A stretch of 64,000 bases of DNA from Granulosicoccus sp. (GTDB taxonomy: Bacteria > Pseudomonadota > Gammaproteobacteria > Granulosicoccales > Granulosicoccaceae): positions 4,810 through 68,809 of the forward strand of contig JBLIIE010000003.1 in the NCBI GenBank assembly GCA_047634635.1, in the 5' to 3' direction. Position numbers and translations under genes: made by a program. The number at the start of each line of letters is the position of its first letter. The first letter of the stretch is position 1. Below are positions 48,933 through 57,686 of this stretch, piece by piece. The notes beneath the pieces were generated by a model. The model was given only the letters and a program-made list of their open reading frames with translations, searched no databases and had not been told where the DNA came from.

Positions 48933-51071
48933 TCACTGTTGATGTAAGGTTCGTGCCGTGTTGAGGCTATTAAAGTCTAGGCTTTCCTCGACCAACCGAG
49001 TCAGCAAGGGTGCCGCTTGCCAGAAATAATCATCCTCCAGAGCGAAAGATTGAATATCACTTAATATTCCGGGAAGACCTATTTGATCAGCGGTGTGCAT
49101 CGGACCACCTCTCCATCGCGGAAAACCATAGCCGTACAACAAAACGACATCGATATCCAATGGGCGCAATGCGATACCTTCTTCAAGCACCCTTGCAGCT
49201 TCATTGATCATAGCGGCCATGTAACGACGAACAATTTCGTCATCGCAAAAAATTCTCGGTTTGATACCCGCGTCTGCTCTTGCTTGCACAATGATTGCCT
49301 CAACCACTGGATCTTCCAAACCTTTCCGACTGCCCTCCTGATACAAGTAGTAGCCTTGTCCGGTTTTCTGACCCAATCGACCCAGCGAATGGATTTCGTC
49401 AGCAAAGATGGGGTACCTCTCGCGTGGATGTGCAGTAGGCGCCCTACGCTGTCTGGACGCATAACCAATGTCGAGACCTGCTAAATCTGCCACGGCGTAA
49501 GGGCCCATGGCAAATCCATAATCAGTAAGTGCTCTATCAATTTGATAAGGACTGGCACCATCAAGCACCATGTGATCTGCAGCTGTGCGATAGTTCGTGA
49601 GAATACGATTTCCTATGAATCCATCGCATACGCCAGCCTTTACTGCAGTTTTTCCTAAACGCTTGGCGAATTCAAAGGACGTTGCTACCAGTTCTGGATG
49701 CGTCTTTTTAGCAACGACAACCTCTAACAATTTCATGACATGGGCTGGTGAGAAGAAATGCAATCCAATCACTGATTCAGGACGATTGGTGACCATAGCG
49801 ATCTCATCTATATCCAGATAGGACGTATTCGTTGCCAGGATGGCACCCGGTTTGGCAATGGCATCCAGCTTTTCGAAAACCTCTTTCTTGACCTCTATGC
49901 TTTCAAAGACAGCTTCAATAATCAGATCTGCTTGGGACAACGAGCTGTAGGTAGTGACGGTTTGCAGGTTATTGGACAGTATTTCTTGACACTCTGCCTT
50001 ACTAAGTTTTCCACGCTTAACTGCCCCTTCAAGATTATTTTCAATGGTGGTACGGGCTCTATCCACTGACTCTGCATCACGTTCTATCAAGACCACACTG
50101 AAACCGCTTAACAAAGCCGAAGTTGCAATGCCCGCGCCCATAGTGCCACCCCCTATGACACCGATCTGCGACACTGATCGCCCTTTTACGCCTTCAATTT
50201 CCGGAAGCTTGCCGACTCTACGCTCAGCAAAAAAAGCATGAATGAGGCCTGCTCGTTGCGGTGTTTCCATCAACTCACTGAAAATACGCCGCTCTTGTGC
50301 AATGCCCTTGTGAAGTTCAAGCTGGGTACTTAGTTCCACCGCATCTAAGGCTTTCAATGCTGCCACTTCACCGCGGGCCTTTGACTCGAGTCTTCTACGC
50401 CATTGCAACATGCCCTCATTACCAACACCTAAGACTTGACGGTCACCGGTTCGACGCACCATAGATGCATCTGCATGTGTATCTACAAAATCACCAGCCA
50501 GAATTTGTTTCGCGAATTCAACACCTGCCGTGTGAACATCAGACATCGACACGAGCTTGTCTATAAGCCCGGATTGCAACGCATCGTCACACGTTGCTGG
50601 TTGACCGCTGGTAATCATTTTTAAAGCAAAATCAACACCCACTAGCCGAGGTAATCTTTGCGTACCCGTCGCCCCCGGAATCAAACCAATTTTGACTTCA
50701 GGCATACCAAGCTGGGTGCCCATAGTCGCTAGGCGATAATGGGCGCCCATAGCAATCTCCAACCCCCCCCCCAGTGCCGCTCCATGCATTGCCGCAATAA
50801 CAGGCTTATTACAAGCTTCTATATGGTTAACGACGTCCGGCAAACCCGGAGCCTGGGGAGGCTTTCCGAATTCTGATATATCTGCACCACCCAAGAACAA
50901 CCTACCACTGCCATGCAGTACAACAATACTAGCAGCCACATCACCAGAGAACTGGTCGATACAATCCACTATTCCCTTGCGCACTGCTTGCGACAGCGCA
51001 TTCACAGGTGGATTGTTGATGGTAATTTGCGCGATACTATCGTTGCACTGGTATGTGACCAGATTACTCAC
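48933..51071 (-). CDS. Enoyl-CoA hydratase / 3-hydroxyacyl-CoA dehydrogenase fusion (PimF-like)
   Basis: NPPVNALS, ALGGGLE, PEV..G..PGA.GTQRLPR; GGGTMGAGI, EAVFE, TNTS and HFFSPA. Confidence 0.93.
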   Translation of the reverse strand: MSNLVTYQCNDSIAQITINNPPVNALSQAVRKGIVDCIDQFSGDVAASIVVLHGSGRLFLGGADISEFGKPPQAPGLPDVVNHIEACNKPVIAAMHGAALGGGLEIAMGAHYRLATMGTQLGMPEVKIGLIPGATGTQRLPRLVGVDFALKMITSGQPATCDDALQSGLIDKLVSMSDVHTAGVEFAKQILAGDFVDTHADASMVRRTGDRQVLGVGNEGMLQWRRRLESKARGEVAALKALDAVELSTQLELHKGIAQERRIFSELMETPQRAGLIHAFFAERRVGKLPEIEGVKGRSVSQIGVIGGGTMGAGIATSALLSGFSVVLIERDAESVDRARTTIENNLEGAVKRGKLSKAECQEILSNNLQTVTTYSSLSQADLIIEAVFESIEVKKEVFEKLDAIAKPGAILATNTSYLDIDEIAMVTNRPESVIGLHFFSPAHVMKLLEVVVAKKTHPELVATSFEFAKRLGKTAVKAGVCDGFIGNRILTNYRTAADHMVLDGASPYQIDRALTDYGFAMGPYAVADLAGLDIGYASRQRRAPTAHPRERYPIFADEIHSLGRLGQKTGQGYYLYQEGSRKGLEDPVVEAIIVQARADAGIKPRIFCDDEIVRRYMAAMINEAARVLEEGIALRPLDIDVVLLYGYGFPRWRGGPMHTADQIGLPGILSDIQSFALEDDYFWQAAPLLTRLVEESLDFNSLNTARTLHQQ

Positions 51072-51229
51072 TAATTGACCTCCATTAAAGTGATTCGAAA
51101 AGGCTTCGTAAATGCCCTGTTTCTGGACACACTACCAGATCCGAGTATACGATCCGCCACCTTATCTAAACGTATGACGAAGCCTAGCCCACAAATGGAT
51201 TCCAGCAGCTTGCTACGATTTCATGACCA

Positions 51230-51466
51230 TCCGGCTGCGAGTTAGCGATGAACCCTATGTGTGCACCGTTGCTAACCGATCATCGTAGAGAATCACTACC
51301 CAGAAATCAGGATCCTGTTTTCCATAGGCAAACGCTTCCCCTGCAATAGTTTCCACACGAGAAATACCCAGTGTTGCTAGAACCTTGTCATAAAATAACG
51401 ATGACTGTTCAAAATCATTGGTTCCAATCGAAACCTGAGAAAAATAACTGGATAGTTGTCAGACAT
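51230..51466 (-). pseudogene. VOC/glyoxalase-family remnant
   Basis: ATG 51466 with an early frameshift into SSYFSQVSIGTNDFEQSSLFYDKVLATLGI...YGKQDPDFWV; a second shift gives NGAHIGF.A; the C-terminal DPDGN region is not found. The 3' limit is approximate. Confidence 0.7.
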
Positions 51467-51485
51467 GTTTCGCTCCAACATTAGC

Positions 51486-51531
51486 GACACTGGCGGCTGA
51501 CCTACGCCCTAGCGTGGCAGAGGCCAGTGTC
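51486..51531. other. 46-nt imperfect stem-loop of unknown role
   Basis: GACACTGGC / GCCAGTGTC outer stem; CTG / CAG; CTACGC-ccta-GCGTGG inner stem. Confidence 0.5.
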
Positions 51532-51694
51532 AGATGTATTCAGCAATACGGGCCACCTGCTCGAAATGATCAGTTATCATTGTATGCAGCTAAGTCACAA
51601 TGACACTATAGGCACGCACAACCTCTCACGGTTTTGCAGCTTATGGTGCGCCACCTCACTCCCTGGCAAATAGGGCGAATACAGAAAATACTTT

Positions 51695-52501
51695 ATGAAA
51701 ATTCTCTTTCACGATGTCGACGGTTGCCTTAATACTCCCGACGGACTGGAAATCCCACGTGGCGATAAGCATTTTTCAACGCAACTATCCCAGATTTTAC
51801 GGGCACTCGGTCAAGCGCTAGATGCGAGCACGATTGATCTCATGGTCATCAATACCGGGCGCTCACTGGAAGACACCATGATGTTGGCAAATGCCATACA
51901 GAGTACCAAATTACAATATCTTATCGCAGAACACGGCGCAGTCATTTTCGATGTTGACAATAACCAACCTCTGAATTGGAAGTCCACTAGACATACTAAA
52001 GATAATAAAGATCCTCTCGAGCAGATATTGGACTTTATGCAATGGTACAAAGAAACAGGCTTCTCAGTGCTCGCTGACAGACTCGGCACCAGTCTTATCG
52101 TTGACAACAAAATTGCTAATCTGACTTTAGGAATTCCGCCCTCAATCGACTGTCACCACGTTTTTGAGCAGTTGCAGCAACTGGTCCGTGATGACTCTCC
52201 TTTTGAACACGAAGACTTTGTATTTCACAATAGCGTTGCGGATGGTTTTATTGATGTCATGTCTAACATTGATAAAGGAGATGGCATCGATATCATTTGC
52301 AATCACCTCGGCAAGCCGCAGGCGACAACTATTGCAATTGGCAATGGCCTGAACGACTTACCGATGTTTGAAAAAGCGCATCTTTGCCTATGCCCGGCAA
52401 ACTCGGAACAGGAGGTCAAGGATTTTTGTCAAAAAGCGGCAGGAATAAATTCTGAATACAGCTTTGTTGAAGCAACCCTGAATTGGCTCTCAAAAAACTG
52501 A
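51695..52501 (+). CDS. HAD-IIB family phosphatase
   Basis: FHDVDGCL (DxD), NTGR, AEHGA, DKGDG and GNGLNDLPM. Confidence 0.88.
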   Translation: MKILFHDVDGCLNTPDGLEIPRGDKHFSTQLSQILRALGQALDASTIDLMVINTGRSLEDTMMLANAIQSTKLQYLIAEHGAVIFDVDNNQPLNWKSTRHTKDNKDPLEQILDFMQWYKETGFSVLADRLGTSLIVDNKIANLTLGIPPSIDCHHVFEQLQQLVRDDSPFEHEDFVFHNSVADGFIDVMSNIDKGDGIDIICNHLGKPQATTIAIGNGLNDLPMFEKAHLCLCPANSEQEVKDFCQKAAGINSEYSFVEATLNWLSKN

Positions 52502-52599
52502 AACGATACCTAGAGGAAAAGCCACCTCCGACTGGAACCTTCACTTTATTCAGGGTCACCCAGCACTCGATCAGCTGGAGGGTCTAACACCCGGTAGAG

Positions 52600-54741
52600 T
52601 CACAACAGATTTAAAACCTTAAGCGCAAAGGCCTGCTCAATAGCAACATCAACCAAGCTGGCATAGCGACCCGTCTCTCCAAAATGCCCCGAACTCATAT
52701 TAGTTTTCAATAAGAGTATTTGTTCATCACAGCGCATATGTCGGTGGCGTGCAACCCACTTGGCTGGTTCCCAATACGTGACTCTGGGATCAGACACCCC
52801 TGCTGTTACAAGCATTGGCGGATATTCGCGTGCCTGTACATTATCGTACGGTGAATACGACTTGATATCCAGATAAGCCTGCACGTCTTCTTTCGGGTTT
52901 CCCCATTGAGACCACTCACCCGGAGTCAATGGCAATGTGTCATCCAGCATGGTGTTCAGGACATCAACAAAGGGCACGTCTGCAACCGCACCACCCCATA
53001 AATCGCAAATCCGGTTTAGTGCCGCACCCACGAGCAATCCACCCGCAGAGCCACCCGCTATTACGATATTACCAGCCTTGGTATATTGCTCTTCCACCAA
53101 ATATTCACCCACAGCGATTAGGTCATCCATACTTTTCGGTTTCCCCCCGAATCGCGCAGCCTCATACCACGCGCGCCCCTTCTCCTGGCCACCGCGGACA
53201 TGCGCTATGACGTAGACAAATCCCCGATCAACTAGAGACAAGCGTGTTGTTCCAAATGAAGCAGGCGATGACGAACCGTAAGCGCCGTAAGCGCTCAACC
53301 AGCAAGGTGCAGAACCATCAATGGGTGTGTTTTTGTGATGCAAGATGGTTAACGGCACCATTTCACCATCAGATGATTTTGCGTAGCGACGAGCTACCTC
53401 ATAGTGTTCAGAATCATGACCACTGGGAATGTGATCTTCCTTGAGCAATTGCCGAGCAGCGGTAGGCATATGATACTTAAACGTCTGAGAAGGAGTTGCA
53501 GGTGACTCGTACTCAAATTGAAAGGTATCTTCATCAAATTCTACTAATGGATCGAGACTCAGAGCGAAAGCTTCTTCGGTGAACTCAATACGGTGGGTTT
53601 GCTTTTCTTCATTATGTCGATAACAAATACACGGCAGGGCGTTTTCTCTCTCCATCCACATCACCCAGTTTTTGTAGGCGTAATGATCAAGCACCATACG
53701 ACCAGGCTGATAAGGTAACCAATCTTGCCAGTGCTCTCTAGATGGTGTTTCGCAACTAGTCTCCATGATTTTGAAGTCTACAGCCTCGTCCGCATTAGTT
53801 CGAATCAGGAAGCGGCTACCCTGATGATCAACGCTGTACTCGATACCCTCAGCTCTAGGTTCAATGATTTGAGGAGCGCTGGTTATATCGCCTACCGGAA
53901 TAAACCAGACTTCACTTTCATCATTCATGTCGGATGATATAAATACGAAGTCTGCTGACACACTTGTCCAAACCGAACAGAAAAAACGTGAATCTGTCTC
54001 TTCGTAGACCAGAACATCACTTTGTGTTTCTGTTCCAAGTTCGTGTCGAAAAACCTGGCTGGGCCGATGATCATCGTCCACCCGCGTGTAAAACAAATAG
54101 CTCTCATTCCCCCAAGCTGCCGATTCTACATCGCAAATGGTGTCCTTATCTTCACCGTTGGCTAAATCGCGAATGAAGACGGTATACCGTTCTGAGCCCG
54201 TTGTATCTGCGCTCCAGGCAAGATGCGTATGTGCTGGACTGTATTCAACATCACCCGGATCAAAGTAGTCATGATCTGTTGCCTCTATATTAAAATCAAT
54301 AAGAAGCTGCAGCTCACTTTCATCAATGTGCGCATCTTCCATGGAACGGCTACTTCCATCGGTCGGGCTTGTCGTATCACCCAGAGAAACTTCGTATGAC
54401 ATACGTGGGCACCTCCAATAGCTCGGATGTTCTTCGTCACCCTGATAGCGTTCTACATAACTCCAAGGGCCATCGTGATCAGGAAGCGAGGTATCGTCCG
54501 CCTGAATACGTCCTTTCATTTCGGCAACCAATGAATCCTGCAAATCTTTAGTATCAGCCATGACAGACTCAAACCAGTCGTTCTCACTGTCAAGATAGTG
54601 CTTGATATCAGCAGGCAATCGAGATGGATCATCCACGCACTCCTGCCAGTTATCGGCTCGTAGCCAACCGTAATCATCACAGGTTTCAACGCCATGAATT
54701 TGCGATTCAACAGGTATGCGTTTGGCTATGGGTGGATTCAT
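52600..54741 (-). CDS. ptrB: Oligopeptidase B (S9A)
   Basis: DDYGWLR, beta-propeller region, AHVRGG, GGSAGG, DVPFVDV, DPRV.YWEPAKW.A and SGHFG. Confidence 0.92.
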   Translation of the reverse strand: MNPPIAKRIPVESQIHGVETCDDYGWLRADNWQECVDDPSRLPADIKHYLDSENDWFESVMADTKDLQDSLVAEMKGRIQADDTSLPDHDGPWSYVERYQGDEEHPSYWRCPRMSYEVSLGDTTSPTDGSSRSMEDAHIDESELQLLIDFNIEATDHDYFDPGDVEYSPAHTHLAWSADTTGSERYTVFIRDLANGEDKDTICDVESAAWGNESYLFYTRVDDDHRPSQVFRHELGTETQSDVLVYEETDSRFFCSVWTSVSADFVFISSDMNDESEVWFIPVGDITSAPQIIEPRAEGIEYSVDHQGSRFLIRTNADEAVDFKIMETSCETPSREHWQDWLPYQPGRMVLDHYAYKNWVMWMERENALPCICYRHNEEKQTHRIEFTEEAFALSLDPLVEFDEDTFQFEYESPATPSQTFKYHMPTAARQLLKEDHIPSGHDSEHYEVARRYAKSSDGEMVPLTILHHKNTPIDGSAPCWLSAYGAYGSSSPASFGTTRLSLVDRGFVYVIAHVRGGQEKGRAWYEAARFGGKPKSMDDLIAVGEYLVEEQYTKAGNIVIAGGSAGGLLVGAALNRICDLWGGAVADVPFVDVLNTMLDDTLPLTPGEWSQWGNPKEDVQAYLDIKSYSPYDNVQAREYPPMLVTAGVSDPRVTYWEPAKWVARHRHMRCDEQILLLKTNMSSGHFGETGRYASLVDVAIEQAFALKVLNLL

Positions 54742-56243
54742 GTAAGGACCAGTGCGTTGCCAACCAGATGATGCAAACTGGTGACGTGCACGCTAGAGAG
54801 ATTATGGTGCGGTAATACGGAGGACAACTGCGTTTTGCAAATTGCACAAATAGCCACAAGATGGGTGACCTGGTCGGAAGTGACAACAGCTTGTAGCGCT
54901 TGTGCACGCGGAAGCGCCCCTTTTACTCGAAGGTCTATTAGATCGTCTGTTAACAGACCACCACCACCACCACAACAAAAAGTAGCCTGCCCGATAGTAT
55001 CTTTGCTCATATCCACAAGTTTGGGCACACTGGCCGCTAATAGTGCACGCGGTATCGTGAATTGTCCGCCAGGATCATCACCCATTCCAGCGCCACGCGC
55101 CACATTACACGAATCATGGTACGTCACCACAATGCCCTTGTTAGCTGAAGGATCAAGTTTGATGACACCTTGTGTCAATAGTTGATGAGTGACTTCACAG
55201 ATATGTTCTGCTCGAGGATGAGCTTTATCGAGAAATTCCAATGGCCCAATTAGTTCATCCAGAAAGCTGTAAGCCACTCGCCAGGCATGACCACATTCTC
55301 CAATAACAATTCTGTTTACACCGAGCCCCATGGCCGCGTGCTTGATGCGTAATGCTATCTCGCGCATGTGATCGTGCTGCCCTGTGAAGAGACCGAAATT
55401 CGCCGCCTCTGAAGCTTCAGAACTGAAGGTCCAGCGAATACCCGCCATGTGCAACACCTTTGCATAGCCGATCAATCCATCAACATGCGGCTCTGCAAAG
55501 AAATCTGCAGAAGGTGTAACCACCAACATATCTGCTGACTCATCGTCCAGTGGTAGCCGGACGTGGATACCGGTGTCTTCAAGGATGTCCTCTTCCAGAT
55601 TTTCAAGAACATCTGCAAGTGCGCGTGGTTTCATTCCCAGGTTGTTACCAATAGTCTTAACTTTAGTGATGATTTCCTGAGAGTATTGTTGTCCAAGACC
55701 GACACTTGCCAATATTTCCCTACCAGCCATAGTGACCTCGGACGTATCGATACCCTTCGGGCAGTAGACGGTGCATCGGCGACATTCTGAACATTGATGA
55801 AAATAGGTATACCAGTCTTGCAGTAACTGCTTATCCAGTTTCCGTGCACCTACTAACCAGGGAAACACTCTCCCCACGAGGGTAAAGTAGCGCCGGTAGA
55901 CCGAACGCATTAAATCCTGACGAGCAACAGGCATGTTTTTAGGATCATGTGTTCCCAGAAAATAATGGCACTTGTCAGTACAGGCTCCACACTTGGTGCA
56001 TGTGTCGAGAAATACCCGTAAGCCACGACGTTCCTTTACCAACTGACCCAGGCGCTCAATTGCCTTGTCATGCCAATCTTCAACCAACGTGCCAGGAAGT
56101 CCCAGCGATTCTTGCACAACAGGTTCAGCCACCGCCGTATGACTCGTGGCCATGGCTCCTTCCTGTATCAAAGGAATAACACGATAGCGTCCGACGACGC
56201 TGGGCAGTTTCGAAAAGTCAGTACCAGAGGGAGTGTCACTCAC
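54738..56243 (-). CDS. dsrK: DsrK Fe-S/CCG protein, sulfur-oxidiser type
   Basis: CTKCGACTDKCHYFLGT.DPKNMPVARQDLMR, FHQCSECRRC..YCP.GIDT, TPSADFFAEPHVDGLIGYAKV, GECGHAWR, HDSCNVAR, FCCGGGGG and AICAICK; closely resembles recalled Allochromatium-type DsrK. Confidence 0.92.
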   Translation of the reverse strand: MSDTPSGTDFSKLPSVVGRYRVIPLIQEGAMATSHTAVAEPVVQESLGLPGTLVEDWHDKAIERLGQLVKERRGLRVFLDTCTKCGACTDKCHYFLGTHDPKNMPVARQDLMRSVYRRYFTLVGRVFPWLVGARKLDKQLLQDWYTYFHQCSECRRCTVYCPKGIDTSEVTMAGREILASVGLGQQYSQEIITKVKTIGNNLGMKPRALADVLENLEEDILEDTGIHVRLPLDDESADMLVVTPSADFFAEPHVDGLIGYAKVLHMAGIRWTFSSEASEAANFGLFTGQHDHMREIALRIKHAAMGLGVNRIVIGECGHAWRVAYSFLDELIGPLEFLDKAHPRAEHICEVTHQLLTQGVIKLDPSANKGIVVTYHDSCNVARGAGMGDDPGGQFTIPRALLAASVPKLVDMSKDTIGQATFCCGGGGGLLTDDLIDLRVKGALPRAQALQAVVTSDQVTHLVAICAICKTQLSSVLPHHNLSSVHVTSLHHLVGNALVLT

Positions 56244-56959
56244 GATGATGACGACTCATCGTTTGAACCTGTTCGGATTTTAGCGGCTGTATCGCGTTGA
56301 TTAAGTGTAGGACTGAAAAGAATCCCAAGTCCATGTAGCAATTTGCTAACAGGGAACACTATGATAAGTACAAGAACAAGTAGTAAATGAATCAACAGAA
56401 CGGCGCTGTCAGGAAGAGGCTGCCAATGGAATGTCATTGCACCTCGAAAAAACTGACCAACCGCAAAGGTATCCACTGGCCAGAGACGTTTTAAACATAA
56501 ACCTGAAACCGCAATAGCGATAAGTAATAACAAATGTAGGTAATCACTTGGGGCTGATATGTACCGCAGTCTGTCTACAAGAACTCTGCGAGCGAGCAAT
56601 ATGCTCAACCCAAAAACCATAGCGCCTGCAGCCCAGCCGCTCCATATTATAAAGGGTATAATTACAGGTGGAAGCTGCTCAAAAATAAAGCGCGCGTGCA
56701 TGATTAAAACAAACAACAACCCATAGTGAAACAATATACTCGCCAGCCAGGTTGTTTTACTCGCCCGCAAAAGAGCACGAAATGCGAATAACTCAAGCGT
56801 CAGTCTGCCGATAACACCCAAATGTGTTTTGGGTGCAGGTGTTAACGGAATTGGCAAAGGTGATGGCGTTTTGGCCCACTGTAACAATCTGTAGCTGGTA
56901 GCCACGAGAGCCCAAAGCAACGCAACAGTAAAACCAATGCCCAGAAGCACGTCAGACAC
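56240..56959 (-). CDS. dsrM: DsrM di-heme b membrane protein, sulfur-oxidiser type
   Basis: TPSPL.IP.TPAP, LFH...HARF, RR...DR.RYIS.PSD, H.LLV..L...FP.SKLLH..G..FSPT.NQ.D. Start set at GTG 56959, which overlaps the dsrC stop, rather than 57061. Confidence 0.88.
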   Translation of the reverse strand: MSDVLLGIGFTVALLWALVATSYRLLQWAKTPSPLPIPLTPAPKTHLGVIGRLTLELFAFRALLRASKTTWLASILFHYGLLFVLIMHARFIFEQLPPVIIPFIIWSGWAAGAMVFGLSILLARRVLVDRLRYISAPSDYLHLLLLIAIAVSGLCLKRLWPVDTFAVGQFFRGAMTFHWQPLPDSAVLLIHLLLVLVLIIVFPVSKLLHGLGILFSPTLNQRDTAAKIRTGSNDESSSS

Positions 56960-57311
56960 AGCCAGTGGGTTTGGGAAGCCCTGCATATCGACAGGCCTGC
57001 TTGGCAGGACCTCTTGGAAACAGTTCGTACAGGTACTTACTATTCCCTTTTTCTTGACCAAACCGTTTGCCGATCTGTTTGGTCAGAATTCGGATCGCTG
57101 GTGCTATTTCGTAATTCTCGTAGTATTCCTGCAGAAAACCAATGACTTCCCAGTGGGCCTCACTTAATTCGATGGAGTCAGCCTTTGCCAGCTCGATAGC
57201 AAGCTCACGCGTCCAGTCAGATCGACTCTTCAAATAGCCTTCGTGATCTTTGTCCAGAGAATCGATCAGTTCACTCATAGAAAAATCAGACACCGGTAGT
57301 GAAAAAGTCAT
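56952..57311 (-). CDS. dsrC: DsrC sulfur-carrier protein with both conserved cysteines
   Basis: D.EGYL, HWEVI.FL.EYY, APAIR.LTK and EKGNSKYLY.LFP.GPAKQACRYAGLPKPTGCV (Cys-X10-Cys). Start is 57311 or 57278. Confidence 0.9.
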   Translation of the reverse strand: MTFSLPVSDFSMSELIDSLDKDHEGYLKSRSDWTRELAIELAKADSIELSEAHWEVIGFLQEYYENYEIAPAIRILTKQIGKRFGQEKGNSKYLYELFPRGPAKQACRYAGLPKPTGCV

Positions 57312-57326
57312 TTCTTGGAACCTATT

Positions 57327-57686
57327 CTAAAGGGCAAGCTTGAGCAAAACATCAACCAACTCATCAGATGTACCCAGGTAATCGGTAATGTGAATATCCA
57401 TATTCGGGTATTCGACTTGTTTAATTGCCACCTGCTCGGGTATGTCGTCAGCCACATGGGCCCCGCGTGCCAGAAAGTACGGTACAACACTTACACTGGT
57501 CGCCCCTTTCTCTACACAAGTTTGAATCCCATTGGGTATCAAAGGATCGCAAAGTTCCAGAAACGCATATTCAACTATATCGAATCGAGACTTGGCTTTC
57601 GTCGCCAAACGCTCGGTTAAGCGTGCAATTTCAGCATTGGATTCAGCACGACGGCTGCCGTGCGCGACTAGCAGAATAGCTTTCAT
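57327..57686 (-). CDS. cbiX: Short CbiX/SirB sirohydrochlorin chelatase
   Basis: LLVAHGSRR..SN, AFLEL..P and VPYFL..G.HV..DIP. Confidence 0.88.
   Translation of the reverse strand: MKAILLVAHGSRRAESNAEIARLTERLATKAKSRFDIVEYAFLELCDPLIPNGIQTCVEKGATSVSVVPYFLARGAHVADDIPEQVAIKQVEYPNMDIHITDYLGTSDELVDVLLKLAL

Noticed and set aside
54958-54978. CCA trinucleotide run
   Set aside because: It simply encodes the conserved CCGGGGG motif of DsrK.
56240-57061. NarI (nitrate reductase gamma) call and the long 273-aa start
   Set aside because: No narGHJ nearby and the motifs are DsrM-like. The extension overlaps dsrC by 110 nt, so GTG 56959 is preferred.
56952-57311. TusE (tRNA thiolation) reading of the DsrC-like protein
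   Set aside because: It has both cysteines (C-X10-C) and is followed by dsrMK. TusE typically keeps only the terminal Cys and accompanies tusBCD or yccA.
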